Shown here: one piece after another, positions 48,251-57,733 of the stretch
Layout of the letters: each line of letters starts with the position of its first letter
How positions within the stretch are numbered: position 1 is the stretch's first letter
The notes under the pieces: generated by a model
What the model was told of the DNA's origin: nothing
Databases searched by the model: none
What the model saw: only the letters and a program-made list of their open reading frames with translations
Translations under genes and position numbers: made by a program
NCBI RefSeq assembly: GCF_056746865.1
Contig: NZ_CM163382.1
Direction: 5' to 3' (one strand)
Length of the DNA: 64,000 nucleotides

Positions 48251-49264
48251 ATGACGTACGCAGTGGAGTTTGACAACGTCTCGCGGTTGTACGGTGACGT
48301 GCGCGCAGTAGATGGCGTCAGTATTGCGATAAAAGATGGTGAGTTCTTCTCTATGCTGGGGCCGTCCGGCTCCGGCAAAACTACCTGCCTGCGCCTGATT
48401 GCTGGCTTCGAACAGCTTTCTGGCGGGGCTATCTCTATCTTTGGTAAACCCGCCAGCAATCTGCCACCGTGGGAGCGGGACGTGAATACTGTCTTCCAGG
48501 ACTACGCGCTATTTCCGCATATGTCGATTCTTGACAATGTCGCCTATGGGCTGATGGTCAAAGGCGTGAATAAAAAGCAGCGGCACGCAATGGCGCAAGA
48601 GGCGCTGGAGAAAGTGGCGTTGGGGTTTGTACAGCAACGTAAACCGTCACAACTTTCTGGTGGTCAGCGCCAGCGGGTTGCTATCGCCAGAGCATTGGTG
48701 AATGAACCGCGCGTATTGCTGTTGGATGAACCGCTCGGCGCACTGGATCTCAAATTGCGTGAGCAGATGCAGCTGGAACTGAAAAAACTGCAACAATCTC
48801 TCGGTATCACTTTTATCTTCGTTACCCACGATCAGGGCGAAGCGTTATCGATGTCCGATCGTGTGGCGGTTTTCAATAATGGACGCATTGAGCAGGTCGA
48901 TTCCCCGCGCGATCTCTATATGCGCCCGCGCACGCCGTTTGTTGCCGGGTTCGTTGGTACATCGAATGTTTTTGATGGACTGATGGCAGAGAAACTTTGT
49001 GGCATGACGGGAAGCTTCGCCCTGCGACCGGAACATATCCGCCTCAACACCCCTGGTGAACTGCAGGCCAATGGCACGATCCAGGCGGTGCAATATCAGG
49101 GCGCGGCAACTCGTTTTGAACTGAGACTGAACGGCGGTGAAAAACTGCTTGTGAGTCAGGCCAATATGACAGGCGAAGAACTGCCTGCCACGCTCACGCC
49201 CGGACAACAAGTGATGGTTTCCTGGTCGCGTGATGTGATGGTGCCGCTGGTTGAGGAGAGGTGA
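48251..49264 (+). CDS. ydcT: ABC transporter ATP-binding protein (337 aa)
   Basis: Walker A GPSGSGKTT, ABC signature LSGGQRQR, Walker B LLLDEP. Confidence 0.9.
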   Translation: MTYAVEFDNVSRLYGDVRAVDGVSIAIKDGEFFSMLGPSGSGKTTCLRLIAGFEQLSGGAISIFGKPASNLPPWERDVNTVFQDYALFPHMSILDNVAYGLMVKGVNKKQRHAMAQEALEKVALGFVQQRKPSQLSGGQRQRVAIARALVNEPRVLLLDEPLGALDLKLREQMQLELKKLQQSLGITFIFVTHDQGEALSMSDRVAVFNNGRIEQVDSPRDLYMRPRTPFVAGFVGTSNVFDGLMAEKLCGMTGSFALRPEHIRLNTPGELQANGTIQAVQYQGAATRFELRLNGGEKLLVSQANMTGEELPATLTPGQQVMVSWSRDVMVPLVEER

Positions 49265-50206
49265 ATGGCGATGAACGTATTGCAATCACCTTCACGTCCA
49301 GGAGTTGGAAAGATATCCGGCTTTTTCTGGCGAAAACCAGGACTGGGGCTGTTTTTGTTGCTGCTTGGCCCGCTAATGTGGTTTGGCATTGTCTATTTCG
49401 GCTCGCTGCTAACGCTGTTATGGCAGGGCTTTTATACTTTTGACGATTTCACCATGTCGGTAACGCCGGAACTGACGCTGGCGAATATCCGTGCGCTGTT
49501 TAATCCGGCGAATTACGACATCATTCTCCGCACGCTGATTATGGCTGTGGCAGTCACTATCGCCAGCGCCATTCTGGCTTTTCCAATGGCGTGGTATATG
49601 GCGCGCTATACCAGCGGGAAAATGAAAGCGTTTTTTTATATCGCGGTAATGTTGCCGATGTGGGCGAGCTACATTGTTAAAGCCTATGCCTGGACGTTAT
49701 TGCTGGCGAAAGATGGTGTGGCGCAGTGGTTTTTACAACATCTGGGGCTGGAACCACTGCTGACAGCGTTCCTTACATTACCAGCGGTGGGCGGTAACAC
49801 GCTGTCAACTTCCGGGCTGGGGCGCTTTCTGGTGTTTCTCTATATCTGGCTGCCGTTCATGATCCTGCCCGTGCAGGCGGCGCTTGAGCGTTTGCCGCCG
49901 TCATTGTTGCAGGCGTCGGCTGATCTTGGCGCACGTCCACGGCAAACCTTTCGCTATGTGGTACTGCCGCTGGCAATCCCGGGTATTGCCGCTGGCTCTA
50001 TCTTTACCTTTTCACTCACACTGGGCGATTTTATCGTCCCGCAGCTGGTTGGCCCTCCAGGATATTTTATCGGCAATATGGTTTATTCCCAGCAGGGAGC
50101 GATTGGCAATATGCCGATGGCGGCGGCATTCACCCTGGTGCCGATTGTTCTCATCGCACTGTACCTGGCGTTCGTGAAACGTCTGGGAGCGTTCGATGCA
50201 CTCTGA
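49265..50206 (+). CDS. ydcU: ABC transporter permease (313 aa)
   Basis: Multi-pass membrane ORF abutting the ydcT stop. Confidence 0.85.
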   Translation: MAMNVLQSPSRPGVGKISGFFWRKPGLGLFLLLLGPLMWFGIVYFGSLLTLLWQGFYTFDDFTMSVTPELTLANIRALFNPANYDIILRTLIMAVAVTIASAILAFPMAWYMARYTSGKMKAFFYIAVMLPMWASYIVKAYAWTLLLAKDGVAQWFLQHLGLEPLLTAFLTLPAVGGNTLSTSGLGRFLVFLYIWLPFMILPVQAALERLPPSLLQASADLGARPRQTFRYVVLPLAIPGIAAGSIFTFSLTLGDFIVPQLVGPPGYFIGNMVYSQQGAIGNMPMAAAFTLVPIVLIALYLAFVKRLGAFDAL

Positions 50207-50990
50207 ACGCGCACCGTTTTTCCTCAAACTGGCGGCCTGGGGCGGCGTGGTTTTCCTACATTTTCCCATTCTGATTATCGCCGCCTATGCGTTTAACACT
50301 GAAGATGCGGCGTTTAGTTTTCCACCGCAAGGCCTGACGCTGCGCTGGTTTAGCGTGGCAGCACAGCGCAGTGATATTCTTGAGGCTGTGACACTGTCAC
50401 TTAAAGTGGCGGTGCTGGCGACATTAATTGCGCTGGTGTTAGGGACGCTGGCCGCTGCCGCGCTGTGGCGACGAGACTTTTTCGGCAAAAACGCCATTTC
50501 GCTGTTACTGCTGCTGCCCATTGCGCTGCCGGGTATTGTCACTGGTCTGGCGCTATTAACCGCCTTTAAAACCATCGATCTGGAGCCGGGATTTTTCACC
50601 ATCGTGGTCGGTCATGCGACTTTTTGCGTAGTGGTGGTGTTTAACAATGTCATCGCCCGTTTTCGCCGCACCTCGTGCAGTCTGGTTGAGGCGTCAATGG
50701 ATCTTGGGGCCAATGGCTGGCAAACCTTCCGCTACGTAGTGTTGCCGAATCTCAGTTCGGCGCTACTGGCAGGAGGAATGCTGGCGTTTGCCTTGTCGTT
50801 CGATGAAATCATCGTGACGACCTTTACGGCAGGTCATGAACGAACGTTACCGTTGTGGTTGCTCAATCAGCTTGGGCGACCGCGTGATGTACCGGTAACC
50901 AACGTGGTGGCACTGCTGGTTATGTTGGTAACAACCTTGCCGATCCTGGGAGCCTGGTGGCTAACCCGCGAAGGCGACAATGGTCAATAA
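50196..50990 (+). CDS. ydcV: ABC transporter permease (264 aa)
   Basis: Multi-pass membrane ORF overlapping the ydcU end. Confidence 0.85.
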   Translation: MHSERAPFFLKLAAWGGVVFLHFPILIIAAYAFNTEDAAFSFPPQGLTLRWFSVAAQRSDILEAVTLSLKVAVLATLIALVLGTLAAAALWRRDFFGKNAISLLLLLPIALPGIVTGLALLTAFKTIDLEPGFFTIVVGHATFCVVVVFNNVIARFRRTSCSLVEASMDLGANGWQTFRYVVLPNLSSALLAGGMLAFALSFDEIIVTTFTAGHERTLPLWLLNQLGRPRDVPVTNVVALLVMLVTTLPILGAWWLTREGDNGQ

Positions 50991-51011
50991 CCACTGATAC
51001 AGGAATATGCT

Positions 51012-52436
51012 ATGCAACATAAGTTACTGATTAACGGAGAACTGGTTAGCGGCGAAGGGGAGAAACAGCCTGTCTATAATCCGGCAACGGGGGAAGTTTT
51101 ACTGGAGATTGCCGAGGCATCTGCAGAGCAGGTCGATGCCGCTGTTCGTGCAGCAGATGCAGCATTTGCCGAATGGGGGCAAACCACGCCGAAAGCGCGT
51201 GCGGAATGCCTGCTGAAACTGGCGGATGTAATCGAAGAAAATGGTCAAGTTTTTGCCGAACTGGAGTCCCGTAACTGTGGCAAACCGCTGCATAGTGCGT
51301 TCAATGATGAAATTCCGGCGATTGTCGATGTCTTTCGCTTTTTCGCCGGAGCAGCTCGCTGCCTGAATGGTCTGGCGGCAGGTGAATATCTTGAAGGTCA
51401 TACTTCGATGATCCGTCGCGATCCGTTGGGGGTCGTGGCTTCGATCGCACCGTGGAATTATCCGCTGATGATGGCTGCGTGGAAACTGGCTCCGGCGCTG
51501 GCGGCAGGGAATTGCGTAGTGCTCAAACCATCAGAAATTACCCCGCTGACAGCGTTGAAGTTGGCAGAGCTGGCGAAAGATATCTTCCCAGCTGGCGTGA
51601 TTAACGTGCTGTTTGGCAGAGGCAAAACGGTGGGCGATCCGCTGACCGGACATCCCAAAGTACGGATGGTGTCACTGACGGGCTCTATCGCCACTGGGGA
51701 ACACATCATCAGCCATACCGCGCCGTCCATAAAGCTTACTCATATGGAACTTGGAGGCAAAGCGCCAGTGATAGTTTTTGATGATGCGGATATTGAAGCG
51801 GTGGTCGAAGGTGTACGTACTTTTGGCTATTACAATGCCGGACAGGATTGTACTGCGGCTTGTCGGATCTACGCGCAAAAAGGTATTTACGATACGCTGG
51901 TGGAAAAACTCGGTGCTGCAGTGGCAACGTTAAAATCTGGTGCGCCGGATGACGAGTCTACGGAGCTTGGACCTTTAAGCTCACTGGCGCATCTCGATCG
52001 CGTCAGCAAAGCAGTAGAAGAGGCGAAAGCGACAGGGCACATCAAAGTGATCACTGGCGGTGAAAAGCGCAAGGGTAATGGCTATTACTATGCGCCGACG
52101 CTACTGGCTGGCGCATTACAGGACGATGCCATCGTGCAAAAAGAGGTATTTGGTCCGGTAGTGAGTGTTACGCTCTTTGACAATGAAGAACAGGTGGTAA
52201 ACTGGGCAAATGACAGCCAGTACGGACTTGCATCCTCGGTATGGACGAAAGATGTGGGCAGGGCGCATCGCGTCAGCGCACGGCTACAATATGGTTGTAC
52301 CTGGGTCAATACCCATTTCATGCTGGTAAGTGAAATGCCGCACGGTGGGCAGAAACTTTCTGGTTACGGCAAGGATATGTCACTTTATGGGCTGGAGGAT
52401 TACACCGTCGTCCGCCACGTCATGGTTAAACATTAA
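51012..52436 (+). CDS. patD: Gamma-aminobutyraldehyde dehydrogenase (474 aa)
   Basis: Aldehyde dehydrogenase family (catalytic Cys region, ELGGKAP). Confidence 0.9.
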   Translation: MQHKLLINGELVSGEGEKQPVYNPATGEVLLEIAEASAEQVDAAVRAADAAFAEWGQTTPKARAECLLKLADVIEENGQVFAELESRNCGKPLHSAFNDEIPAIVDVFRFFAGAARCLNGLAAGEYLEGHTSMIRRDPLGVVASIAPWNYPLMMAAWKLAPALAAGNCVVLKPSEITPLTALKLAELAKDIFPAGVINVLFGRGKTVGDPLTGHPKVRMVSLTGSIATGEHIISHTAPSIKLTHMELGGKAPVIVFDDADIEAVVEGVRTFGYYNAGQDCTAACRIYAQKGIYDTLVEKLGAAVATLKSGAPDDESTELGPLSSLAHLDRVSKAVEEAKATGHIKVITGGEKRKGNGYYYAPTLLAGALQDDAIVQKEVFGPVVSVTLFDNEEQVVNWANDSQYGLASSVWTKDVGRAHRVSARLQYGCTWVNTHFMLVSEMPHGGQKLSGYGKDMSLYGLEDYTVVRHVMVKH

Positions 52437-52658
52437 GTTAAATGTTAGTGGCTGTTATAGGGCGGCCACTATCGTTTTAGGTTCTGAGTGTAATGGTGAT
52501 TAAGTATCAGAATGATTACATTAATAACTAGCGGAAAAATTAGGCAGTTATTATGATCTAAATGTATGTTGGTGATTTTTCATCCTGTCATAGTTGATTC
52601 GCATAAGGCTTTAGAGTATCGTTATTAACCTAATAATTTATAAGTAGAAGTATTAACA

Positions 52659-53468
52659 ATGAAAGTTCAATTGTATAAATTCACGGAAGATAAAAATAAA
52701 ACCCTTACCTTCAGGTGGACGAAAAAACACTTTGAGTTTTGTATGGATAATAAAATCTTTTTAAATCATAAGGGGAAGAAGTCGTATAAAGAAAGAAATT
52801 TATTTCTTTTCTCAAAAGGTGACAAGATAACAATTGAAGATAATGTTATTGCTGAAGAATATTCAACAATGCCTGTAAAAAATTTCTCCAGTGTCGGCGC
52901 TTTTTCATTCCCGACCTGTCATTTTACAGGGAATATACATATAGGTCGATTTTGTAGTATTGCATCAAATGTAAAAATAATGGGAGGAAATCATCCTTTG
53001 AATCGTTTTACTACTCACATGATGACTTATAACGGTGAATTTGATAAGTTTGCTAAGAGTGAGTTTGAACGTAGCTGGACATTGAAACCATTCATTACCA
53101 AACCTGAAAATCCGATTATAGGAAATGATGTCTGGATAGGAAATGATGTTGTACTGAAAGGTGGCATCGCAATAGGTGATGGTGCTGTTATTGCTGCCAA
53201 TTCCGTTGTTACCAAAGATGTGCCCCCATATGCCATAGTTGCAGGAGTTCCTGCAAAAATAATCAGATTTAGATTTGATTCAAATGTTATTGATGAATTG
53301 TTGAGAATAAAGTGGTGGAATTATAATTACTCAGATCTTCCGGATAATAACAAATGTGATGATATAAATTATTTTGTTGAAGAGATGAATCGATTGATAT
53401 CAAATGGAAATATTCAAGAGATGGACTATAAAAAATTCAATCTTTCTGAGATATTTAGAGACCTATAA
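52659..53468 (+). CDS. Hexapeptide-repeat acetyltransferase of the XAT family (streptogramin A acetyltransferase Vat / CatB-like) with N- and C-terminal extensions, 269 aa
   Basis: AT-rich ORF with no K-12 counterpart that I recognise; core IGRFCSIA...GGNHPLNRF...IGNDVWIGNDVV...IGDGAVIAANSVVTKDVPPYAIVAGVPAKIIRFRFD...IKWWNY aligns by eye with remembered Vat(D)/CatB motifs; true start uncertain (weak RBS, alternative ATGs at 52743 and 52869). Confidence 0.75.
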   Translation: MKVQLYKFTEDKNKTLTFRWTKKHFEFCMDNKIFLNHKGKKSYKERNLFLFSKGDKITIEDNVIAEEYSTMPVKNFSSVGAFSFPTCHFTGNIHIGRFCSIASNVKIMGGNHPLNRFTTHMMTYNGEFDKFAKSEFERSWTLKPFITKPENPIIGNDVWIGNDVVLKGGIAIGDGAVIAANSVVTKDVPPYAIVAGVPAKIIRFRFDSNVIDELLRIKWWNYNYSDLPDNNKCDDINYFVEEMNRLISNGNIQEMDYKKFNLSEIFRDL

Positions 53469-53813
53469 TTATCTGTTCTGCATGATAAATGGGCAAGATA
53501 ACCAGTTCGGGGTTTGCAATTTCAATGGGACAGCGTCATCAAGGAGGTTGCAATCATCCTGCCATGCATATACTTTACGCCATCTTTTTATATTTACTTT
53601 ATTCCCTGAAAGTATAAAGCATTTATAGACTCCCGCGCGTCTAAAGTATTGATGATAGAAAAATGTGAAAACAAGGTTCCCTTTGAATCAGTAAGCTGTC
53701 TGTATAGACGACAGGAGGGGGATGTTTTCTACTTATTTCAATGTAGATGTCAGGAAAAAGAAGTAAATATTAAGGATAATGTTGTAAACCTGGAGAGTAT
53801 GAGATGATCTTGC

Positions 53814-53846
53814 GTACTGTCAGAGCACTGATTTCTCTGACAGTAC
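53814..53846 (-). terminator. Stem-loop just 3' of yncL, probable terminator
   Basis: 12-bp perfect stem gtactgtcagag / ctctgacagtac with 9-nt loop. Confidence 0.55.
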
Positions 53847-53869
53847 GTGCTGCGTGCAAAATCACTACA

Positions 53870-53965
53870 TCAAATAAACCAGCCAAATCTCATAGAGATA
53901 AGAGTAAACAAACCAACAGCAGCAAAGACATTTATCAGTACTACAGTTCTACTGGAAACATTCAT
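53870..53965 (-). CDS. yncL: Small membrane protein YncL (31 aa)
   Basis: Reverse translation MNVSSRTVVLINVFAAVGLFTLISMRFGWFI; below the ORF-track cutoff. Confidence 0.8.
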   Translation of the reverse strand: MNVSSRTVVLINVFAAVGLFTLISMRFGWFI

Positions 53966-54159
53966 TTTTGCCACCTTTTATCATTGCCCCTATGTGTATA
54001 GTACGGGTTAAGAAAATCCGCAATAATACTCATTCTGAAGATGGATAAGGGCAAGTTGCTGTTTGATGATTTTTTCTCAAACTGGTGAAAAAACTTGATG
54101 CACGTCAAAAAATGACGCATATTTGCGCGCGTTTTATTCATCTGGCTGGACGCCCGTAC

Positions 54160-54333
54160 ATGTCTCTCTATCAACACATGCTTGTTTTTTATGCGGTTAT
54201 GGCAGCAATCGCATTTCTTATCACCTGGTTTCTTTCTCACGATAAGAAACGCATCCGTTTCTTAAGCGCCTTTCTGGTGGGGGCAACATGGCCGATGAGT
54301 TTCCCGGTGGCGCTGTTGTTTTCACTGTTTTAA
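54160..54333 (+). CDS. ortT: Orphan toxin OrtT (57 aa), GhoT-like membrane peptide
   Basis: MSLYQHMLVFYAVMAAIAFLITWFLSHDKKRIRFLSAFLVGATWPMSFPVALLFSLF. Confidence 0.8.
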   Translation: MSLYQHMLVFYAVMAAIAFLITWFLSHDKKRIRFLSAFLVGATWPMSFPVALLFSLF

Positions 54334-54418
54334 ATCTTACTCACTGGCTTGACGGCACCACACAGACTTATATCATTTGGATGAATCGATAAATTTCACA
54401 AGTGGCTAAGGAGAAAGT

Positions 54419-54652
54419 ATGTCGCATCTGGATGAAGTCATCGCGCGCGTGGATGCCGCGATTGAAGAGAGCGTCATTGCCCATATGAACGAATTATTAA
54501 TCGCCCTGAGCGATGACGCGGAGTTAAGTCGGGAAGATCGCTATACCCAGCAGCAGCGTTTGCGCACCGCTATTGCTCATCATGGTCGCAAGCATAAAGA
54601 AGATATGGAAGCGCGCCACGAACAGTTAACCAAAGGCGGTACCATCCTCTGA
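54419..54652 (+). CDS. ydcY: Small protein YdcY (77 aa)
   Basis: 77-aa ORF MSHLDEVIARVDAAIEES... Confidence 0.8.
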   Translation: MSHLDEVIARVDAAIEESVIAHMNELLIALSDDAELSREDRYTQQQRLRTAIAHHGRKHKEDMEARHEQLTKGGTIL

Positions 54653-55102
54653 TTAAAATGAGCGTCTGGCCACCAGCCAGGCGCCAACCACAAGTAAAAT
54701 TGCGCCACAAATTGGGCCGATCAACGCCCGAAGTGGTACGCCATGGCTGCGGAAGATATCCAGCACCAGACCGCCAATCAGCTGGCTGGCGACCAGTACT
54801 GCAATAGTTGTTGCCGCTCCCACATTCTGATATCCGCTGATACTGGCGAAGACAAAAAACGATCCAAGCAAGCCAGGTATAAGTGTCCACCAGCGCACGC
54901 TGGACACCAGTTCACCAAACCCCTCCATACCTTGTTTAAACCACAAAATAGAAACGAACAGCACAATTCCTACCAAAGAGTTCAGCAACATGGCGATGAG
55001 AATGGTAGAGGAGCTCTGGGTGATGCGCACCATCAGCGTGTTTTGCACCACCAGACCAATTCCGGCGGCAATCAAAAAAGCAAGGGTAAGCGACTGATTC
55101 AT
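54653..55102 (-). CDS. ydcZ: DUF606-family inner-membrane protein (149 aa)
   Basis: Multi-pass membrane ORF; start overlaps mnaT stop. Confidence 0.8.
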   Translation of the reverse strand: MNQSLTLAFLIAAGIGLVVQNTLMVRITQSSSTILIAMLLNSLVGIVLFVSILWFKQGMEGFGELVSSVRWWTLIPGLLGSFFVFASISGYQNVGAATTIAVLVASQLIGGLVLDIFRSHGVPLRALIGPICGAILLVVGAWLVARRSF

Positions 55103-55617
55103 CCAATCGCGTCCGGTTCAGTGCGCTCGTCGAGTTGCAACTGCATAAATGTCAGATCCAGCCAGCGCCCAAATTTAGTGCCTACCTGCGGCATTTGCGC
55201 GGTGACGACAAATCCCAGCGACTGGTGGAGATGCAGCGAAGCCTGATTTTGCGATTCGATCCCCGCGACCATGACATGCTTCCCGCAATCCCGCGCTTCA
55301 TCAATCAATCGGCTTAACAATTTACGCCCCAGACCTTTGCCCTGATGATCGGGATGGACATAAACCGAATGTTCCACGGTATGGCGAAAACCATCGAAAC
55401 TACGCCAGTCGCCAAACGAGGCATATCCTGTAACGACGCCATCTTCTTCACTCACCAGCACCGGATAACCTGCTATGGTCCGCGCTTCAAACCAGGCAAT
55501 GCGGTTATCTGCATCCACCGTTTGGTCATTCCAGATAGCCGCCGTATACAACACGGCGTGGTTATAAATTTCCGCAATGGCAGCACAGTCGGCTTTGCGG
55601 GCAAAACGGATGGACAT
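55099..55617 (-). CDS. mnaT: GNAT-family L-amino acid N-acyltransferase (172 aa)
   Basis: GNAT motif (VHPDHQGKGLGRKLL). Confidence 0.85.
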   Translation of the reverse strand: MSIRFARKADCAAIAEIYNHAVLYTAAIWNDQTVDADNRIAWFEARTIAGYPVLVSEEDGVVTGYASFGDWRSFDGFRHTVEHSVYVHPDHQGKGLGRKLLSRLIDEARDCGKHVMVAGIESQNQASLHLHQSLGFVVTAQMPQVGTKFGRWLDLTFMQLQLDERTEPDAIG

Positions 55618-55797
55618 GTCTGGCCTCGATTAAATAATGATGATGACGTTATCAATACTATCGAAAACAGCCCGAAGCAACGGATTCCTCGATGAAATTA
55701 TTGCGTGTTGCAGAGGGGATGTGACGGCTGCAAACAAAACCAATCCCGTGAGCCTGCTACTATTGATCGATTCATGCCAAAAGCACAGGAGAGCATT

Positions 55798-56835
55798 ATG
55801 GGGCAACAAAAACAGCGTAATCGACGTTGGGTTCTGGCCTCGCGTCCGCATGGCGCGCCGGTTCCGGAGAATTTCCGTCTTGAAGAAGATGATATCGCCA
55901 CACCGGGTGAGGGACAGGTGTTACTGCGCACAGTTTATTTGTCACTGGACCCGTATATGCGTGGACGTATGAGCGATGAGCCATCTTATTCACCGCCGGT
56001 TGATATTGGCGGCGTGATGGTCGGCGGCACGGTGAGCCGTGTCGTGGAGTCGAATCATCCTGATTATCAGCCTGGCGACTGGGTGCTGGGCTACAGTGGA
56101 TGGCAGGACTATGACATATCCAGTGGTGATGATCTGGTGAAACTTGGCGATCATCCGCAAAATCCATCGTGGTCGCTGGGTGTGCTGGGGATGCCAGGCT
56201 TTACCGCTTATATGGGGCTGCTGGATATCGGTCAGCCCAAAGAGGGCGAAACGCTGGTGGTAGCTGCGGCGACAGGACCAGTGGGGGCGACGGTGGGTCA
56301 AATCGGCAAACTTAAAGGTTGCAGGGTGGTGGGGATAGCCGGTGGCGCGGAAAAATGCCGCCATGCTACCGAGGTGTTAGGCTTTGATGTTTGTCTTGAC
56401 CATCACGCGGATGATTTTGCCGAACAACTGGCGAAAGCGTGCCCAAAAGGCGTTGATATCTATTATGAAAACGTGGGCGGTAAAGTATTTGATGCGGTGC
56501 TACCGTTACTTAATACATCTGCGCGCATTCCCGTCTGCGGCTTAGTGAGCAGCTATAACGCTACAGAGCTACCACCCGGCCCGGATCGTTTACCTCTGCT
56601 GATGGCTACGGTGCTGAAAAAACGTATTCGCTTGCAAGGATTTATTATCGCTCAGGATTATGGTCACCGCATCCATGAGTTTCAGAAGGAGATGGGGCAA
56701 TGGGTGAAAGAGGATAAAATCCACTACCGCGAAGAAATTACTGACGGTTTAGAGAATGCGCCACAGACATTTATCGGCCTGCTGAAGGGTAAAAACTTCG
56801 GCAAAGTGGTGATCCGCGTGGCGGGTGATGATTAA
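55798..56835 (+). CDS. curA: NADPH-dependent curcumin reductase, medium-chain dehydrogenase/reductase family (about 345 aa)
   Basis: MDR-family sequence with GxxGxxG-like AAATGPVGATVGQ; start taken at MGQQKQRNRRWVL. Confidence 0.85.
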   Translation: MGQQKQRNRRWVLASRPHGAPVPENFRLEEDDIATPGEGQVLLRTVYLSLDPYMRGRMSDEPSYSPPVDIGGVMVGGTVSRVVESNHPDYQPGDWVLGYSGWQDYDISSGDDLVKLGDHPQNPSWSLGVLGMPGFTAYMGLLDIGQPKEGETLVVAAATGPVGATVGQIGKLKGCRVVGIAGGAEKCRHATEVLGFDVCLDHHADDFAEQLAKACPKGVDIYYENVGGKVFDAVLPLLNTSARIPVCGLVSSYNATELPPGPDRLPLLMATVLKKRIRLQGFIIAQDYGHRIHEFQKEMGQWVKEDKIHYREEITDGLENAPQTFIGLLKGKNFGKVVIRVAGDD

Positions 56836-57032
56836 AGATACGACGGCGGCGTAAGCCGCCATAAAAATCCAGGCAAAAAGCTTATTTTCAGCTTTAATTA
56901 ACTAACCACGTCATTGTTCTGCTGCTAATAACAACAAAGGTGAGTGGTTTATGATTATTCACTTTAATACCCCAGGTGAACTCCTTCTGCCATGCAGGCA
57001 GGGTTGGACAGAAAACACGCGAAGGAATTAAA

Positions 57033-57698
57033 ATGCCTGGAACGGAAAAAATGAAACATGTCAGTTTGACTCTGCAGGTTGAGAATGACCTGAAACATCA
57101 GCTTAGTATTGGCGCACTAAAACCTGGCGCACGCCTGATTACTAAAAATCTGGCGGAGCAATTAGGTATGAGTATTACACCTGTGCGTGAAGCATTATTA
57201 CGTCTGGTTTCGGTGAATGCGCTTTCTGTCGCACCAGCGCAAGCATTTACAGTTCCGGAAGTGGGGAAACGTCAATTAGACGAAATCAATCGGATCCGCT
57301 ACGAGCTGGAATTAATGGCAGTTACTCTGGCTGTTGAAAACCTCACCCCGCAAGACCTGGCGGAACTCGAGGAATTGCTCGAGAAATTACAGCAGGCGCA
57401 AGAAAAGGGCGACATGGAACAAATCATTAATGCGAACAGGCTATTTCGCTTAGCGATTTATCATCGTTCAAATATGCCCATCCTGTGTGAGATGATTGAG
57501 CAACTGTGGGTCAGGATGGGACCTGGTTTACATTATCTCTATGAAGCGATTAATCCAGCGGAATTACGGGAGCGTATAGAAAACTATCGTCTATTACTCG
57601 CCGCGTTAAAAGCAAAAGACAAAGAGGGATGCAGACATTGTCTTGCTGAAATTATGCAACAAAATATTGCTATTTTATACCAGCAATACAATCGTTAA
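57033..57698 (+). CDS. mcbR: GntR-family transcriptional regulator McbR (about 221 aa)
   Basis: GntR-type HTH; start taken at MPGTEKMKHVSL. Confidence 0.85.
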   Translation: MPGTEKMKHVSLTLQVENDLKHQLSIGALKPGARLITKNLAEQLGMSITPVREALLRLVSVNALSVAPAQAFTVPEVGKRQLDEINRIRYELELMAVTLAVENLTPQDLAELEELLEKLQQAQEKGDMEQIINANRLFRLAIYHRSNMPILCEMIEQLWVRMGPGLHYLYEAINPAELRERIENYRLLLAALKAKDKEGCRHCLAEIMQQNIAILYQQYNR

Positions 57699-57733
57699 AG
57701 TAAATGCCCGGCAAATACCGGGCATCAAGGTAA

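Noticed and set aside
53404-53628. 74-aa plus-strand ORF overlapping the 3' end of the XAT gene
   Set aside because: Overlaps the acetyltransferase end out of frame, no RBS, low-complexity AT-rich translation
53804-54001. 65-aa plus-strand ORF
   Set aside because: Antisense to yncL, whose 31-aa minus-strand product matches the known small protein
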